From assembly GCA_905178155.1 (NCBI GenBank), contig CAJINV010000005.1, positions 1,576,438 through 1,640,437 of the forward strand: 64,000 nucleotides of DNA, written 5' to 3'. This stretch comes from Amoebophrya sp. A120. Taxonomy: Eukaryota > Protista > Dinoflagellata. The notes below the pieces were generated by a model. That model did no database searches and was not told the DNA's origin. It saw nothing but the letters and a program-made list of their open reading frames with translations. How positions within the stretch are numbered: the stretch's first letter is position 1; every line of letters begins with the position of its first letter. Below, piece after piece: positions 1 through 13,100 of this stretch. A program made the translations under genes and the position numbers.

Positions 1-1561
1 GAACGGGGTTGTGTGGAAAACACACGCTCCGCCAAGCACTTCCCCAAAACTGGGCTGGATCGCGTCCTTGCACGAACTCGGGTTCGCTCTTCCCATGTCG
101 CAAATTTCCTGTGGATCCACCACGTCTTCGTCTTCTCCACCGCCTGGGCTTGGTGTGGTGGCCAGCACGACTTCAGACACCGCGTCCATCACATCCAGGA
201 TCGTCTGGGAGGGGGCGTACTGAAAGTTGCATGGTGGCATTCCTCCCGCAAATAAGACTGCATTCCAAATGCACTTCGCGCGTCCTTCGGCGGCCGCTTC
301 AGTGTCTGGGTCCAGGTCACCGCGAGGAATCACCGCACTTTCGCAGCTGGCTTGGTCGGAAACCCGGCTGGCGTCCGCACAGTAGGTTTGGCCCTTCTCG
401 TAAATTTGCTGAATGTAAAGGGCTTGTACAGGCGTGGAGTCGGACACGGGCAAAGAGTGTTGCGCACGAATCTGGGCCGCCAAATCGTTCAGCGAATTGA
501 TGAGAAATGCAGGAGCAGTGTAGTCGAAGTTGCAAGTCGGAACTTGATCGTGATCTGCATCCTGAAGAAGATCCCACCGGCAATTGGCGCGCCCCTCGTC
601 AACGGCGTGGTCGGAATCGTTACCGAGCACATCCGCCGGAATTTGGGCGGAATTACAAGCCGTGGCATCTCCCTGGTCGAAGCCGGCGCAGTAGGCCTGG
701 CCGTTCTGCTCAATGTCGAGGATGTCCGAAAGCAAACCAAAATGTAGATATTCGGGCGAAGGCATGTCGTCGACTTTTTGTGTTCTTCCAGCCTTGTCGT
801 GCACGGTGTTCTTTGATACCATCGACGCAATCTTTTCTGTTTGTGTTTGTGTTTTTATCATTTTCCGCCGCTGCTGCAAGAACGTTTTCTCCGTCCTGGA
901 ACTTCTCATCTGCACCCCTGAAGTTGTTTTTGCCGTAGTAGAACTGGCGAAGAGGTGTTGTTCTTTCAATTGCCCTCGAAGCAGGGCCGCGGAAACGAAC
1001 GGAAAAAACGAGTGGTAATTGTCGTGGTTGTAGTCCTCCCCTGGCATCGGTAACAAGGAGGACAATTCGTAGGCTGTTACGGACAATCGCAGCATCCCCT
1101 TCCTCGTCAGGGATGAACCGGGCAGCAGCGACGTGCTGTCGCTGCGGCGAACCGCCTGCGACTCACTCATTCTTCTACTTCTTCGGTTTTTTGGTGATAG
1201 AGTAAAGATTTGTGAAGATTAAGATGTTGAGATGAAACTCAAACTCTTTCGTGGTCAAACCAACGAAAGAACAAGAGTGGTATGCAATACGGTTATTTTT
1301 ACTGCGGTTCTTCAGGATGAACGGTGACTGAGTGTTGTCGTGGAGGTCTTCCACCAACGAAAATCAGTATCCTGGAGCGGGTTTTCGTGAAGGAAACGGA
1401 GATCGATGTGCTTGTTGTGGTTGTTCATGTTCTAAGTACTTCTAAATTTAACACGAGTCCGAGTGTAATGCTCAGTCACAGAAGAAATTTTTTTTTAAAA
1501 ATCTTCTACCCTGTAATGACGAAAAAGCAAAACGAGCTTGTAGAAGAAGTGGCGCCAACAT
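1..1561 (-). CDS. Putative secreted Cys-rich repeat protein; 3' end lies outside the window, 5' exons tentative
   Basis: Open minus frame from ~1160 to 1, absent from the ORF track because it runs off the edge. It contains two ~105-aa four-Cys repeats (EQNGQAYC..ACNSAQIP..EGRANCRW..PTCNFDY and EKGQTYC..SCESAVIP..EGRAKCIW..PPCNFQY). Candidate signal-peptide exon MLAPLLLQARFAFSSLQG starts at 1561 and is followed by GT. Confidence 0.6.
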
Positions 1562-2269
1562 CACCGTAGAAGAAGATGAACGTGGTCTACGTCAGTACAG
1601 CTACAGCAGTGCTTGTGCACGATGAAAGCCAGAATCAAACTTCATCGATGCTGGAAGACATCGTGGAGTCGTTGTTTTTGGACGAGGACGACGGGACGAC
1701 ACGAACGTGATGAACGACAAGGAGTTATGGCAATGCAACAAACTTGTTCTACAGCACAACTTTTTACACCTTGCGACCTGTTCAAGACGATGTTGTTCCG
1801 ATTCCGTGTAAAAAGTGCATTGACGAAGCGCCACCTCTGTTGTAGCGAAGAACGACATGGTAGCGCATCGGCTTGAATACAATGCAAACGAATGATTTAG
1901 ATTTACGAACAAAGCTGATTCTGCTGCTGCTGCTGCTTCTGCATCGCTGACACAACAGCAACCACAACGGATGTTAATGTTGCAGAAAATATTCGAAGAT
2001 GTTGCTAAAGCTCATCATACAGGTGACTTATGTTCTCCTCGTGAAGCAGCTACACCGACATCCTCTGTAGTCTACCCACGGATCCAGGGGACCATCAATA
2101 TCATGCTGGGCATGCTAACGTGACGCCGACTCGGCTACGGCTCTCGTTCCTGCTCATGATCTCAACTGAAATTCATCAGATACCGATGAAAGACGGTGAT
2201 AGTACAAGGAGCACACTATCTATCCCTCTCAGCAAGTCTCTAACTTCTCTATTTTCTGTTTCAGTTTCA

Positions 2270-5200
2270 TCATGACATGGGTATCAACAGGGCCGTCTCT
2301 TCGTCGTCGTTTTCGTGTGTCGCCCGGCCTTCCTGTTCCAATCTGCTTCTCTGTCGGGTGTCGCAACAGAAGCAGCCACAGGACATGCACAACGCCCGAC
2401 AGCTGCAGTTCACGGTGTACCGAAAGTGGTGGATCGCGAAAGCCAAGAGGAAATACCCGATGACCAGCGACATCTGCACAAGGAGAATCCACGAGATCGT
2501 CCAGGAATTCACCTCCAGATTGTACCTGGACCGCAGCAAGTCCTGCGTTCCTTGGATCAAAACGAAGGGCTTCCCGCCGTTGAAACTGGTTTCGTCCAGC
2601 CCGACAAACAGGTCCGCCGGCACGTCGGAATTCTGCACTTCGCGGCAGGAGATGAAGTGCTTCCGATAGTCAGGTCCGATTTCCTCCGGTTTCAGGGGGA
2701 GGTAGTAGCAGAACTGAGGAAACCGGGCTTGCGTTTCCTCGACCGGATTCAGTTCCAGTAAATCGAAGTCCTTCCAGGCCCACACCAGGAGGAATTTCGA
2801 GGCCCAATTATACACCGAGATATCCTGCAGCCACCGAATCCAGGGCGGGATACTCAACCCCGGAGCGAATGCGGGCATCAGAGCGTAGACGGGAAAAATC
2901 ACCACGGCGACAATGAAGCCGACCAACCTCGGATCCGTCGTCAAGTATGCATTGACAGATTTGCACCGCCGAGGATGTTGAAGTTGAAGTTGATGCACAA
3001 ATCTTTGTAAATCCAAATCCAAAATTGTAAATTATGACAACACCGACGATCATTTGACTTTTGCCGGTGGTGGTTTTGGATGCAAAGCAATTACAGGTAC
3101 AGGTACAACTTAGTTCAACGCTGCAACTACATGATCTTTTGCCGCGCATACCAGCGTTCCGAGAAACATGCCGAAGGACTGGGCCGCGATCTGGTTCATC
3201 GCAAGAATTGCCAGCAACGTGAAAAACTTTCGGACCACAACGTGCGCCAGCGGCGGTTGCGATGCGGCGTCAACTGCTACAAACTCCTCGAACGAGTAGG
3301 AAGTTCGGTTCTCCGTTAAGTCGTGGGGAAAGAAGCCGATCGTGAAAAACACAACCAAAGAGTAGTACAGTCGAACAACAGTGTTCCGGTCCTCCGGGCG
3401 ACAAACCACGCGGACAACCGATACAGTTTTTTCACGCCGTACTCCCGCTCCACCTGCCCGGTGAGCAGAATCACGGCGTAGATGTAGCGGTAGGTCTCCT
3501 GAATCATGGGCAAAGACAAAAACAGGTTCAGCCCGGCCTGGCGCGCCCCCTGCGAGTCCGGGAGCGTGCCCACCCGCCAGTAGATCACCGACATAATGAG
3601 CAAAAGAATGGACGTCCCGATGATCCAGATCCGCATTTCGATCGGGTTCCGCCACCGGTCCATGAAATTTCGGCTGTACAAGGCGGAAAACTCCGTGCAC
3701 CAACTCGCGCGCGGGTACTTCTCCAGTGGTTCGAACTTCGACGCAGTACTTCTTGTCGTGCTAGCAGCTTCAGATGAATAAGTTGACGTGCCCACAGCGG
3801 CCGCAATCGTTTGTTCTTGGTGTGAGCGCACTCCTGAAGTTGTGGCAGAAGTTGTACTTCCTCTACTAGCCGTGCCAGTTAGCCTACTTTTCATATTCTG
3901 CTCATTCTCTACTCTGGTGCTGGCCGCACGAGTATCATTGTAAGCGAGGATCTTTTCGACACACTTCTCATTGCTGATCGTGTCCAGAATGAATTCGGGT
4001 GCACTGTATCCGACTTTGCACTTCTTGACCAGAACCCCGAGCGCCTGCTCCAAGCTGGCCACGGCCTCGCTGCCCTTCCCGGAGTACACTACCCGGCCTC
4101 GCGCCAGAAACATAACATCCGTGAACCAGCTGTAGAGCAAGCACGAAGGCTGGTGTACCGTGAAGATAATCGTGGTTTTTTTCCTTCTTTGGAACGGCGA
4201 TGAAGCAGAAGAGTTTACGTTCGCGTTCTGCGTCTGCTCGTCGCTCGTGTAGTTATAATTTTTTGGTGTAGTAGTTCCCGTCTGAAACTTCCGACGCTGA
4301 TCTTTGTTGGCGAGGATTCTTGTTTTCCGCATCTTCATCGCCTCCTGTTCTTCCATTTCCAGAAACCACTTGGCGTCCAAACTCTTGCCCATACTAGTCG
4401 CCCGCCGGTTGCGCAGCTGATAGGAATTTCGGTGATCATGATACTGCATATCGCGCGGCGCGGGAGCTGCACCAGCTGCAGCACTGGCGTCTATCTGCAC
4501 GCCTGCAGCAGTTGCAGTGTCAGACTCATTCTGTACATCGCTTATTATGTCGGCTTCTGCGCCATCTGCTCGAAAGGAAAAATGTGACTCGTGAAAGAGC
4601 CTCTCGTCCTCGTAGTTATCACGGCCTATCTCAGGATCATTTGCCTCGTCTTCCCCAAAACCTAAAAAATCATCTCCCGCAGCTGCATAGAAGCCCTGCT
4701 CTCCTGAAGCTGCCCATGATCCTTGCAGATTGTCCTCTGGCAAGGAGCCGTGTTCGTAGATGTTTGTCGTCACGTCTTTCACGTGGCACGGATCAAACAA
4801 AACCGACATGACTTCCCGTGCCATGGTACTGTCCAGCATGGAGGTTGGTTCATCGAGGAACAGAATATCCGGCTCGTGTAACAACTCCTCCGCAATGGAA
4901 ACCCGCTTCTTCTCCCCGCCGGAAAGCGACAGCACGCGGGTGTTTCTCCTGTGGTTTAGTTTTAACCGCTCCATCACGTAGAGCACGCGGCTTTCCTTCT
5001 CCTCGTCCGGAACATCGTGCAAGCAAAGTTTCGCGTGGAACATCAAATGCTCACACACGGTCAAACTACTCGAAAACACGTCCAACTGCTCCACAATTCC
5101 CATACGCCGAACGTTCTTCGACATCGCGTGCAACTCAACCGGCGTCCAATCCTCAAACGTGTCAATCCCGCCGAGTTTGAAGGCAGACGAACGCCGCTTG

Positions 5201-5592
5201 GAGGTCTGTTTGCGGCTAGAAGATGACCGGGAGGCCGAAATTCTACTACTGGTGGAGGTGTCGTCGTGGTCATTGTCTGTGACTTTGTGCTTACCCTCGA
5301 CTATCTCCTCTCCCGTCCTGCTTGGGTGCTGCACTGCGCTGGCCGGCGTCGAAGCGCTGGACGGGGACGAGACCCGGATCTCTCCCGACGCATCCACATT
5401 GTTCAACTTTTTGAACAGACCGGAGAGAATCGAGATCAAGGTGGTTTTCCCGCTTCCACTTGGGCCCATAATCGCCAGCGTCTCCCCCGCCCGCACCTGG
5501 CCGGAGGCATTTTTCAGGCAAAAATGCGGCTCCGTGTCGTGTCGTGGCCCTTTCAGGGAGACGGTCAGGTTGCGCCACTCTAGGGTGGCCAT
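2270..5592 (-). CDS. ABCG (White-family) half-transporter, NBD-TMD; one non-canonical intron and one apparent frameshift near 3370
   Basis: Walker A GPSGSGKTT, signature LSGGEKKR, Walker B ILFLDEPT, H-loop TVHQP, followed by six-TM ABC2 membrane domain spread over ORFs 3316-5592, 3110-3703 (3' part) and 2270-3022. Confidence 0.9.
2941..3150 (-). mobile_element. TAT...ATA introner-type non-canonical intron in the ABCG gene (TSD decayed)
   Basis: Ends (G)TATGC...GCATA(C) are inverted repeats. Removing 210 nt joins FGMFLGTL to (A/T)TDPRLVG in frame. Confidence 0.75.
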
Positions 5593-6558
5593 AATATTAA
5601 TGGTCTAGAAAAAATGGTCGTAGCAACTAGAGCGAGGAGCTCCGCGGAGGAAGGTAGCTGACTGAGCTACATGCTCAATGTGAATATAAATATTCGTTGT
5701 TGGATAAGAAGAGCAGCCCTTCCTTGAAGAAAAGTATAAGTAACTTTTTTAAACTCTACATTTCTAAGTAACACTATAAGGGACAAATCATATGGCTACG
5801 AAGTTGTTTTGTTTGTTTGTTTGTTCTCATGCGGGAAGGTGGGACCGCGTTTACACACCTTTTTTCTCTAGCGCTATTTCAAGAAAAATCTCTGCTTCGA
5901 AAGCCTGTGAAAAAAGACAACAACTAAAACCACTTTTCCTACAACCATTGAAAAAAGACAAATAACTCTTTCTCTGACTATTTCTGCTTGCTATTGAGCG
6001 ATTAGATTTACACTGCTTTTGCTCGAAAATGGAGGATCAAGATTGCTACGATGCTTTGATCGTTTGCTTCTGCTGTACTTCTGAACTGGAAAGTCTTAAA
6101 GTCTAAAGCTTCGAGTGACAACTACAAGTGTTGTCGCTGGGGAAATAGTGAAGTTTGAAAGTTAAGAGTTTGTATACAAAGTTTCTGCCTGGGTTTGAAC
6201 TACTACAAGTTTTTCCGAAAGTTTCTGATGTGTCGATTTTAAAGTCGTGCTCTGATTACAAGTTCTTCTTACAGTTACGTTTAAATTTATTCTTTCCCAC
6301 TCCACGCGCCACATCACGTCACTCCACCACCCCTTGTCTCCGCGTCTCTTCGGTCGTTTTCGATCAGCGCTGGTTGGTGCCACCGGCGGGCATGCGAAGA
6401 CCCTCCACGGGCAACTACCGGGGACGAGTCAGCTCTGGGCCCACATACCTGTGGGTTGTATGTGAGCGGGGGCAGGCCGGGCAGAGGAAATCAACATGCA
6501 GGAGCTCGCTAGTATCATCGTATCATCCCTAAACCAACACCAACATGATGATGGGAGT

Positions 6559-7007
6559 CGGAACGCATAACAGAGTACCTGAAGGGTGCATCCCTCCCCG
6601 CCCGCAGGGGAAAGATGCAACCCGATCCCGTGTGTATTGCATGCGTGGGCTTCCCCTGTCGGGATTGTAGATGGGGGGCGCTGGCAAGTCTGGATTGGTG
6701 TGCGCGTCATGTGTGGAGTAGGGCTTGTGGACCGGAGCGTCTTGTTGTTATCAACGGGAACGGGATGTGCAGCAGGGCGTGGCACGCGGGGCAGCGGTCG
6801 TGGGTGGGGAAACCTGCGTTGTAGCGGCAGGGGAGGAGCAGAAGCGGGGCCACATGATCATATTGAAACTTTGAACCACTACGACAGCATGGCGGAAAAT
6901 GTAGCGGAACGCATAACAGAGTACCTGAAGGGTGCGCCCCCTTCAATGCCTCCGAGAAGGAGGGCGCAGCCCTGCTCCGAAATTTCGCGCTTGGTGTAGG
7001 AGCGTAG
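6559..7007. repeat. Two copies (6559-6670, 6905-7007) of a structured motif in the LINE 3' UTR
   Basis: Identical 31-mer CGGAACGCATAACAGAGTACCTGAAGGGTGC at 6559 and 6905. Each copy is followed by two hairpins and GTAG. Confidence 0.8.
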
Positions 7008-7166
7008 TATCCGGCTCGTTCTCCGTCGGCATCCGCTAGTACTCGAAATCACCACCGCAGCAGACGTTTAGGCGTTTCTGCAGGGTGGGTCACTGACTAT
7101 TTTACTTGCAGCGCCAGCGGGTCGGTGGTGGTCGGAAGTTGTCTTGTGTTTTGCTGCTGCTGTGTG

Positions 7167-10100
7167 CTACGCCTCCGCGCAGTCTGACCGGCCTCCTGCC
7201 CAGCAGAGGTGCCGCACCGCCGGGAACGGGCCCACGAGGGGCGTGAGGAGTTCGTTGGCCTGCGTTAGCGCGCGGGCTGTGCCGCTCCATTTCTTTTTGC
7301 ACTCTTCTAAACCTTGCACCCCCGAGGCTTCGAAGAATGGGCGGGTCACGGGGCAGGATTGGACGAAGTGCGCTGTTGTTGCGCACGGTGCCCCGCACAG
7401 GGCGCACGGCATGTCTTCCCCCGATGCCTCCGCGGCCAGCAGGCCGAAGCGGAGTGCGTAGTACAGTGCTTGGCCGGTTCGCTCCACTCCGTCCGCGGTG
7501 AGGTCCTGGCCCCACCCCCCTGTTGCTGCCAGGGTGGTCGCGGTTTTGCTTCGGGTTTCTGCTTGGTGTTGCCTGTCCTCCAGGTCTTGGCGCAGTGCGT
7601 TCCGCACCACTCTCTTGGCCTCGGTTTTGAACTGGCGGTGCGTGATTGGTTCCCCTTCTTCTTGCAGGTCTGGCTCGTTGGCGTACCCTGCAAGGTGGTC
7701 GGCCACCACGTTCCCCGCAATTCCTGTGTGGCCCGGCACGTATCGGACTACCAGTTTCCTGCAGGACGCGAGCGCGTCGCGTGTCGCGGTGTAGAGCTCC
7801 GTGTCCAGGTCGTCCCGCAGCCGCGGGTTGAGCAGTGCGCGCACATTGGACTGGCTGTCGGTGCAGATGGTGGCGCACTCTGTTCGCAGTGCTTTGGTTG
7901 CCACCCCCCGAAGGGCTGCGATCAGCGCCATGCGCTCGGTCTCAAACGAGTCCGTATGCACTCCCACTGGCCAGGCCGCCCCTCCTTGGATGCCGAAGCC
8001 ATGGACGAAGACTCCGGCCGCCCCTTGGAACTCTCGCACTGAGCCGTCACAATAGAACACCAGGTCCGAGGATTGGAGTGTGTCCACCAGCGATGGCACC
8101 CCCTCGTTCTGCCAGACGGCGCGAAACCGGCCCTGTTCCTCCGCCTCGTGGAGGAGGCTGGCGCCGACGCCCGGCAGGGCCCCGGTTTCGGGTAGGACTG
8201 TGGCCGCCGCCGCGTTTGAAGCCTCGATGACCCCCAGCGCCGTCGTCAGCCAATCCGCTTCGGTGCTTTCCGCGATTTGCCTAAGCCCATCCGCCTGGGG
8301 CCGGGCGAACGCTCTCGCTGCCAGTGCTACGGCCTCGACTTTGTACAGTGCCTCCAGCGGCAAAAGCCCCGCGGTCATCAGCGCGCAGCTGCGGTTGACC
8401 CGCCGGAACTTGGGAAACCCGAGGATCTCCGTCGCCCCCTCCAGCTGCACGCTGTTGAGCGCCGCCTTTTCCTTCGCGCCGAGGCCGTGCCAATATGTCG
8501 GCAGGCCATAGGCCAGCACGCTCTCGACGAACAGCTGGTAGAACATCCTCACGGATTTGGTTCCTGCGTGCATGGATCTGCTGAGGATCCGCACGGCAGC
8601 CATTCGCTTGGTGATTGTTTCGCTGATCACCTGGTAGTGCTTGCTGAAGGTAAGCCGCCGGTCGAACCACACTCCCAGGAATCTGGGGCAGGCCTCATAG
8701 ACCAGTGGTTCGCCGGAGCCGGTAAGGGATAACTCGTCGAGTTCGCACGCAAACTCCGTCTGGAAGACGGTATACGCGCACTTCCCGGGGGACAGCTCCA
8801 TGTTGCTCGCCTTGCAGAAGTCTGCGACGATGTCGAGCGCGCGCTGTAACTGTGCCTGAGCTTCGCTCTTCGTGCTTTCTTCGTACTCACAGGTCAGCGC
8901 GAGGTCATCCACGTAGGCCAGCACCTGCACCTTCGGGCACCGCTCTGCCAGTTCCTGGAGTAACACGTCTACAAAACTACACCAGACGAACGGCCCGAGG
9001 CACGTGCCCTGGGGGACCCCTTGGCGGAGTGGCACCGCTTGCGACACTTCTTCGTTGAAGCGCACTACCCTCGACCGCCCGGTTACAAAGGAGCGAACCC
9101 ACCGCGTGAGCAGCAGAAACTCCTGTTTTCTCGCCGCGTTTTTGAACTCTGCGCTCCTGCGTAGCAACCCATTGAGGAACAACGGGATCGGCACCCTTTC
9201 GAATGCGGAGCTCAAGTCCAAGAAGCACGCTGCGCGCCTCTTGCCCTTCCGCAGTGAGTCGGCGGCTGCCGCCGCCAGGGTCGCCGTGTGGTCGGTCGCG
9301 CTCCTCCCCGGGGTGTCCCCGTACTGGTTCCGTGCGTACAGGGATAGGCCCTCGGCCTGGAACACTGCCCGCAGCCTTCGGAGCGCCGCTCGTTCCCACA
9401 CTTTTGCGAGGCAGGATGTTAGTGCGACTGGCCTCAGCGACTTGGGTAAGTCCCCGGGGCGCCCGGGTTTTGGCACCGGCACGCACACTTCCAGGCGCAA
9501 CGCTTCGGGCGTGACGCCTTCCGTGATGCCCTGTGAAAACGTGTCCCGCAGCAGCTTCTTGCCGTCCTGTGTGAAGTTCTTCAACATCGCGCCCAGGATG
9601 TCGTCCGGCCCCGCGGCCCCCGCTGGTTTTTGTCCCCGTAATGCGAACTCCACGTCGTCCAGGTCCAGCCTCATCGGCGTGCCCGGTGAGAGCTCTGTCG
9701 CGAGGGTGTTGCTGTACTTTGCCCACGCCCCTTGCTCTGAAGCTGGGTCGAGAGCTGGGTGGGAGCCGTAGAAGTGCGCGAGCACACACGCGAGCTTCTT
9801 GAACGCGTAGCCGCCCGCGTAGCGCAGCGCGCCGGTGTGCTGTTTCGGTGGGGGCCGCCCCTCCAGCTCGCGCAGGAGCTTGAAGGCGCCGCTTGTGCTC
9901 TGCTCCGCTTCCGCGAGTTTATCCGCGAAGCGTTCGTCCTGTCTGCTGTACTCCGCCTGCGCGACCCTTTTTGTGGCTTGTCGTAGCGCGGTGCGCCACA
10001 ACAGCTTCTGTCCCGGCGGGCAGAGTGCTAACCTGCGCATGCACTCTCCTCGCTCTCTCAAGGCGAGGTCTAGCTCCGTGCCCACGCCGGGCGCCGACCC

Positions 10101-13100
10101 CCTCGGGCGCTTGTGCCTTTTCCGCGCGACGTTTGTGCGCGGAATGCTTCTGCGTGCTGCTTCGAAGATCGCGGTCTTCACGTACTCGGCCTTCCCTTCG
10201 ACGGTTGCTGGGGGTGCGTTTTGTGCTAGGAAACGCCCGAGGTCTTCCCGGTATAGCGCCCAGTCCGCCCGCTTCAGGTTCAGTCTTGTGCGCCTTTGCA
10301 CGACCGGCGTGGGGTCGCGCCACAGCGCGGGGTCCCAGGGTAGTTGCGTCGGGTCTTCCGGTAGGAGCGCCCCCTCTTGTGCGGCGCCGGTGCTGCTCGC
10401 CTCTTGCACGACCTCCGCCTTCGTCCCCTTCTCTGTGCTGGTGCTCTCCACGGCCCCCGGTAGGCCCGTGTCCTGTGTTGCTGTTGCGCACAGTGCCGCG
10501 ACTGCGCCGGACGCTAGACACAGCACCGCCCCGAGGCCGGGTAGCGAGCGGAGTCGGTCCTGCTTTGCTGGCGGCGTCGTTGTCCCCTCGGCGGCGGCGC
10601 GTGCTTGCCTGTGCTTGGCCGCGCGCAGCTCCCGGATCCGCTGGAACTTTTCTTTTCGCAAGGCCCTTTTCTGACTGCCTGTCAGCTTCACCCCGCCTTC
10701 GGGGGTCTCTTTCGGTGTTTTTGGGTCCTGTCCTGGCCCCCCTCCTTTGGGAGCCTTTCCTTGCTTTGCTGTCGTTGCTACTTCTTGTTCCTTTGCCACC
10801 GCTACGGAGGCCTTCCCCTTTGCCTGGTGTTCTTTTGTCGTCGGGCGGATCAAGTCAAACACCAGTGCTGCGTGGTCACCCCCTATGAGGACGACGCTCG
10901 GCCCGGTCGGGTCGACCTCGGAGGCCGCGGTGTGCAGGCCTGCTGAGAGCAGGACTACGTCTGGCGACGTTTGGGAGCACGGCCGTGTCGCCGCTTCCGG
11001 GGTGTAGAACTCCAGGGCCTCCGCCCTTGCCCAGTGTTGTACTGCGCTTGTTCTTGGTTCCTGGGTGTGGTTCGCGTCCCAGGAGATTGCTACTTCTACG
11101 TTCGCCGGGGCTTCTACGTACGGGAACGCCGGCAGCCCCGGGGGCGTGTACACTCCCGCGGACACGGCCCACTCCTCCCCGGTTTCGCAGTCGAAGATTG
11201 TCGCGCACGTTGCTGCGACATTCCTGCCCGCGGTGACTGTGACCCTGCAGCCTTCGTTTGACCGCATGGCGCCCCGCAGGCTCTCGTGCTTTATCGTGGC
11301 CCCGCCACCTCCTATGCCGTCCGACGGGAAGACGTCTACTACTTCCCACTCCGGAAGATGTCGACTCACGAACAGCTTCAAGTACTCCGCGTCGCACCAG
11401 ATTTCCTGGAGATGGCAGAGCGTCGCTTCTTGGAACTCTAGCGTCTCCCGTAAAGCGGCGCCTTTTGCCGCTGCAGCCTCTTCGTTGCTCGCGTTGAGCG
11501 ACTGCGCGTTCCACTGTAGGACGCGCGTTGCGCCCTGCACCAGTGGGCGCTTGTGGTTCGCGTCGTACTGGCTGCTCTCCGGCTGGGGCTTTTTCGGTGC
11601 CGGGTGTTTCTGGTAGCGCGTGATCTCCTTCTGCCGGTTGATTTCCGGCATCAGGAAATGCGTGCACTCGGGGTGCGCTTTCGCTAGGTGCTTGCCAAAC
11701 GAGTCCACCCGGTGCTGGTAGCCGCTCGCCCAGTCACACCCCGGCACTGTGCACTTGAAGCGCCTCTCGTTTGCGTTTTTCTTCAGCGTGTCCTTCACGT
11801 CTGCCAGGACGCACAGGTCGTTGACGTGGTCGGCCGCGTCCTTCACCGGCACGATCTCGCACTCCTGTGCGCAGGTCTGGCTCGGTGGCTCCTGTGACGT
11901 GGGAGCCAGGGAGCCCGCCCCCTGTGTCCCACTCCTACTGCTACTACTGCTACTCGCTACGCCTCCTTCTTGCGTGCTCGGAGTTGTCTTCTCCTGTGGC
12001 GTTGGCGCCAGACCTGGGGGGGGGCGGATTGTGCGTCGCCGCACTTGTGCTGCCTGTCCGTCGTGTGCTGCACCTAGCTGCTCGCGCAGGCTCGCGTCCG
12101 TCGGGCCTTGCCCGGGTTCGCTGGGGCGGGTTCGCGTTTTTCCCCCTTCCCCGGCGCCCTGGCCTCCTGCAGCACCCGTTCCCACTGGCTGTGCTGTCAG
12201 CGTCGGTTCGCGGGGGGGTGGTGGCGGCCCCGTTTGGGCGCTTGCTGCTTCGCTCGCCCCCGGCAGGGTGCGTGGCTGCGGCTGCGTCTGGCTTGGGTGT
12301 GTTCCCGGCGCTCTGCCTTGGTGTGCCTCGGGTTGCGGCTGCGGCTTGTTTTCGTGCGCCTCTGCCCCCCTCGCCCCTAGCGCCCCGTACCTGCGCACCG
12401 CTGCATTGCGCAAAGCTTCTGCTGCCGTGCTGAGGGCGGTGGTCACTGCGTTGTGGCACACCGCTATCCCCGCGAAGAGGAGCGCCACCCCTAGAACTAC
12501 CATCGGCAGCGACAGCTCTATGTCGTGCCGGTCCGACAGCCACCGGCGGTACGCCTGGCGCTGCCGCCTTGCCTGCTCGATGCGGAGGTCGAGCGGCTCC
12601 CCGTTGGGAAAGGTGAAAATATTTTGATCATCTTCATCGTGCGGCACAAGTCCGCGTCGCGCCTTCGTTATGCGACCCGTGTTTATTGTGCGAAAAGCAG
12701 CGGCGTCTCTTTCCTGTAGCAACGCAGCGGCGTTGGGGATCTCGGCGACTTCGGCGAAGGAACTCGGACCGAACTCCAGGGCCCCCGGGCTGTGTTGCGT
12801 GCTCGCCATGCCAAGTGCCGCCAACAGCACTGCCCCAACCAGCACCAGCACCCAGCGGTGCGTGATCAGCGCCCAGAAGAAGCTCCCGCCTTCTGCGGCA
12901 AGTGCGACTACTCCATCACGGACGCTCGGCGCGTACCTGTCCATCCGGGGATGGGTGGGGAGCCGCTCTATGGTGGCAGGCCAGTTCGGGAACTGCTGCG
13001 CAGGATGGCCCGGCGGGAGCGGGGGGTGTCCGAGCTCGGGATGTTGCCTGGGGGTGGGGTTCTGCTGTTCTACGACCGGCCGCTGTGGTGCAAGTGCCTC

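Noticed and set aside
5791-5800. CGTAGCCAT on the minus strand upstream of ABCG, resembling the dinoflagellate spliced leader
   Set aside because: Only 9 nt match and the TTTTGGCTCAAG part is absent, so it is compatible with chance.
6559-7007. Hammerhead or twister assignment for the duplicated 3' UTR motif
   Set aside because: CTGAAGG is not followed by a correctly placed GAAA, and no twister pseudoknot partners were found. Left unclassified.
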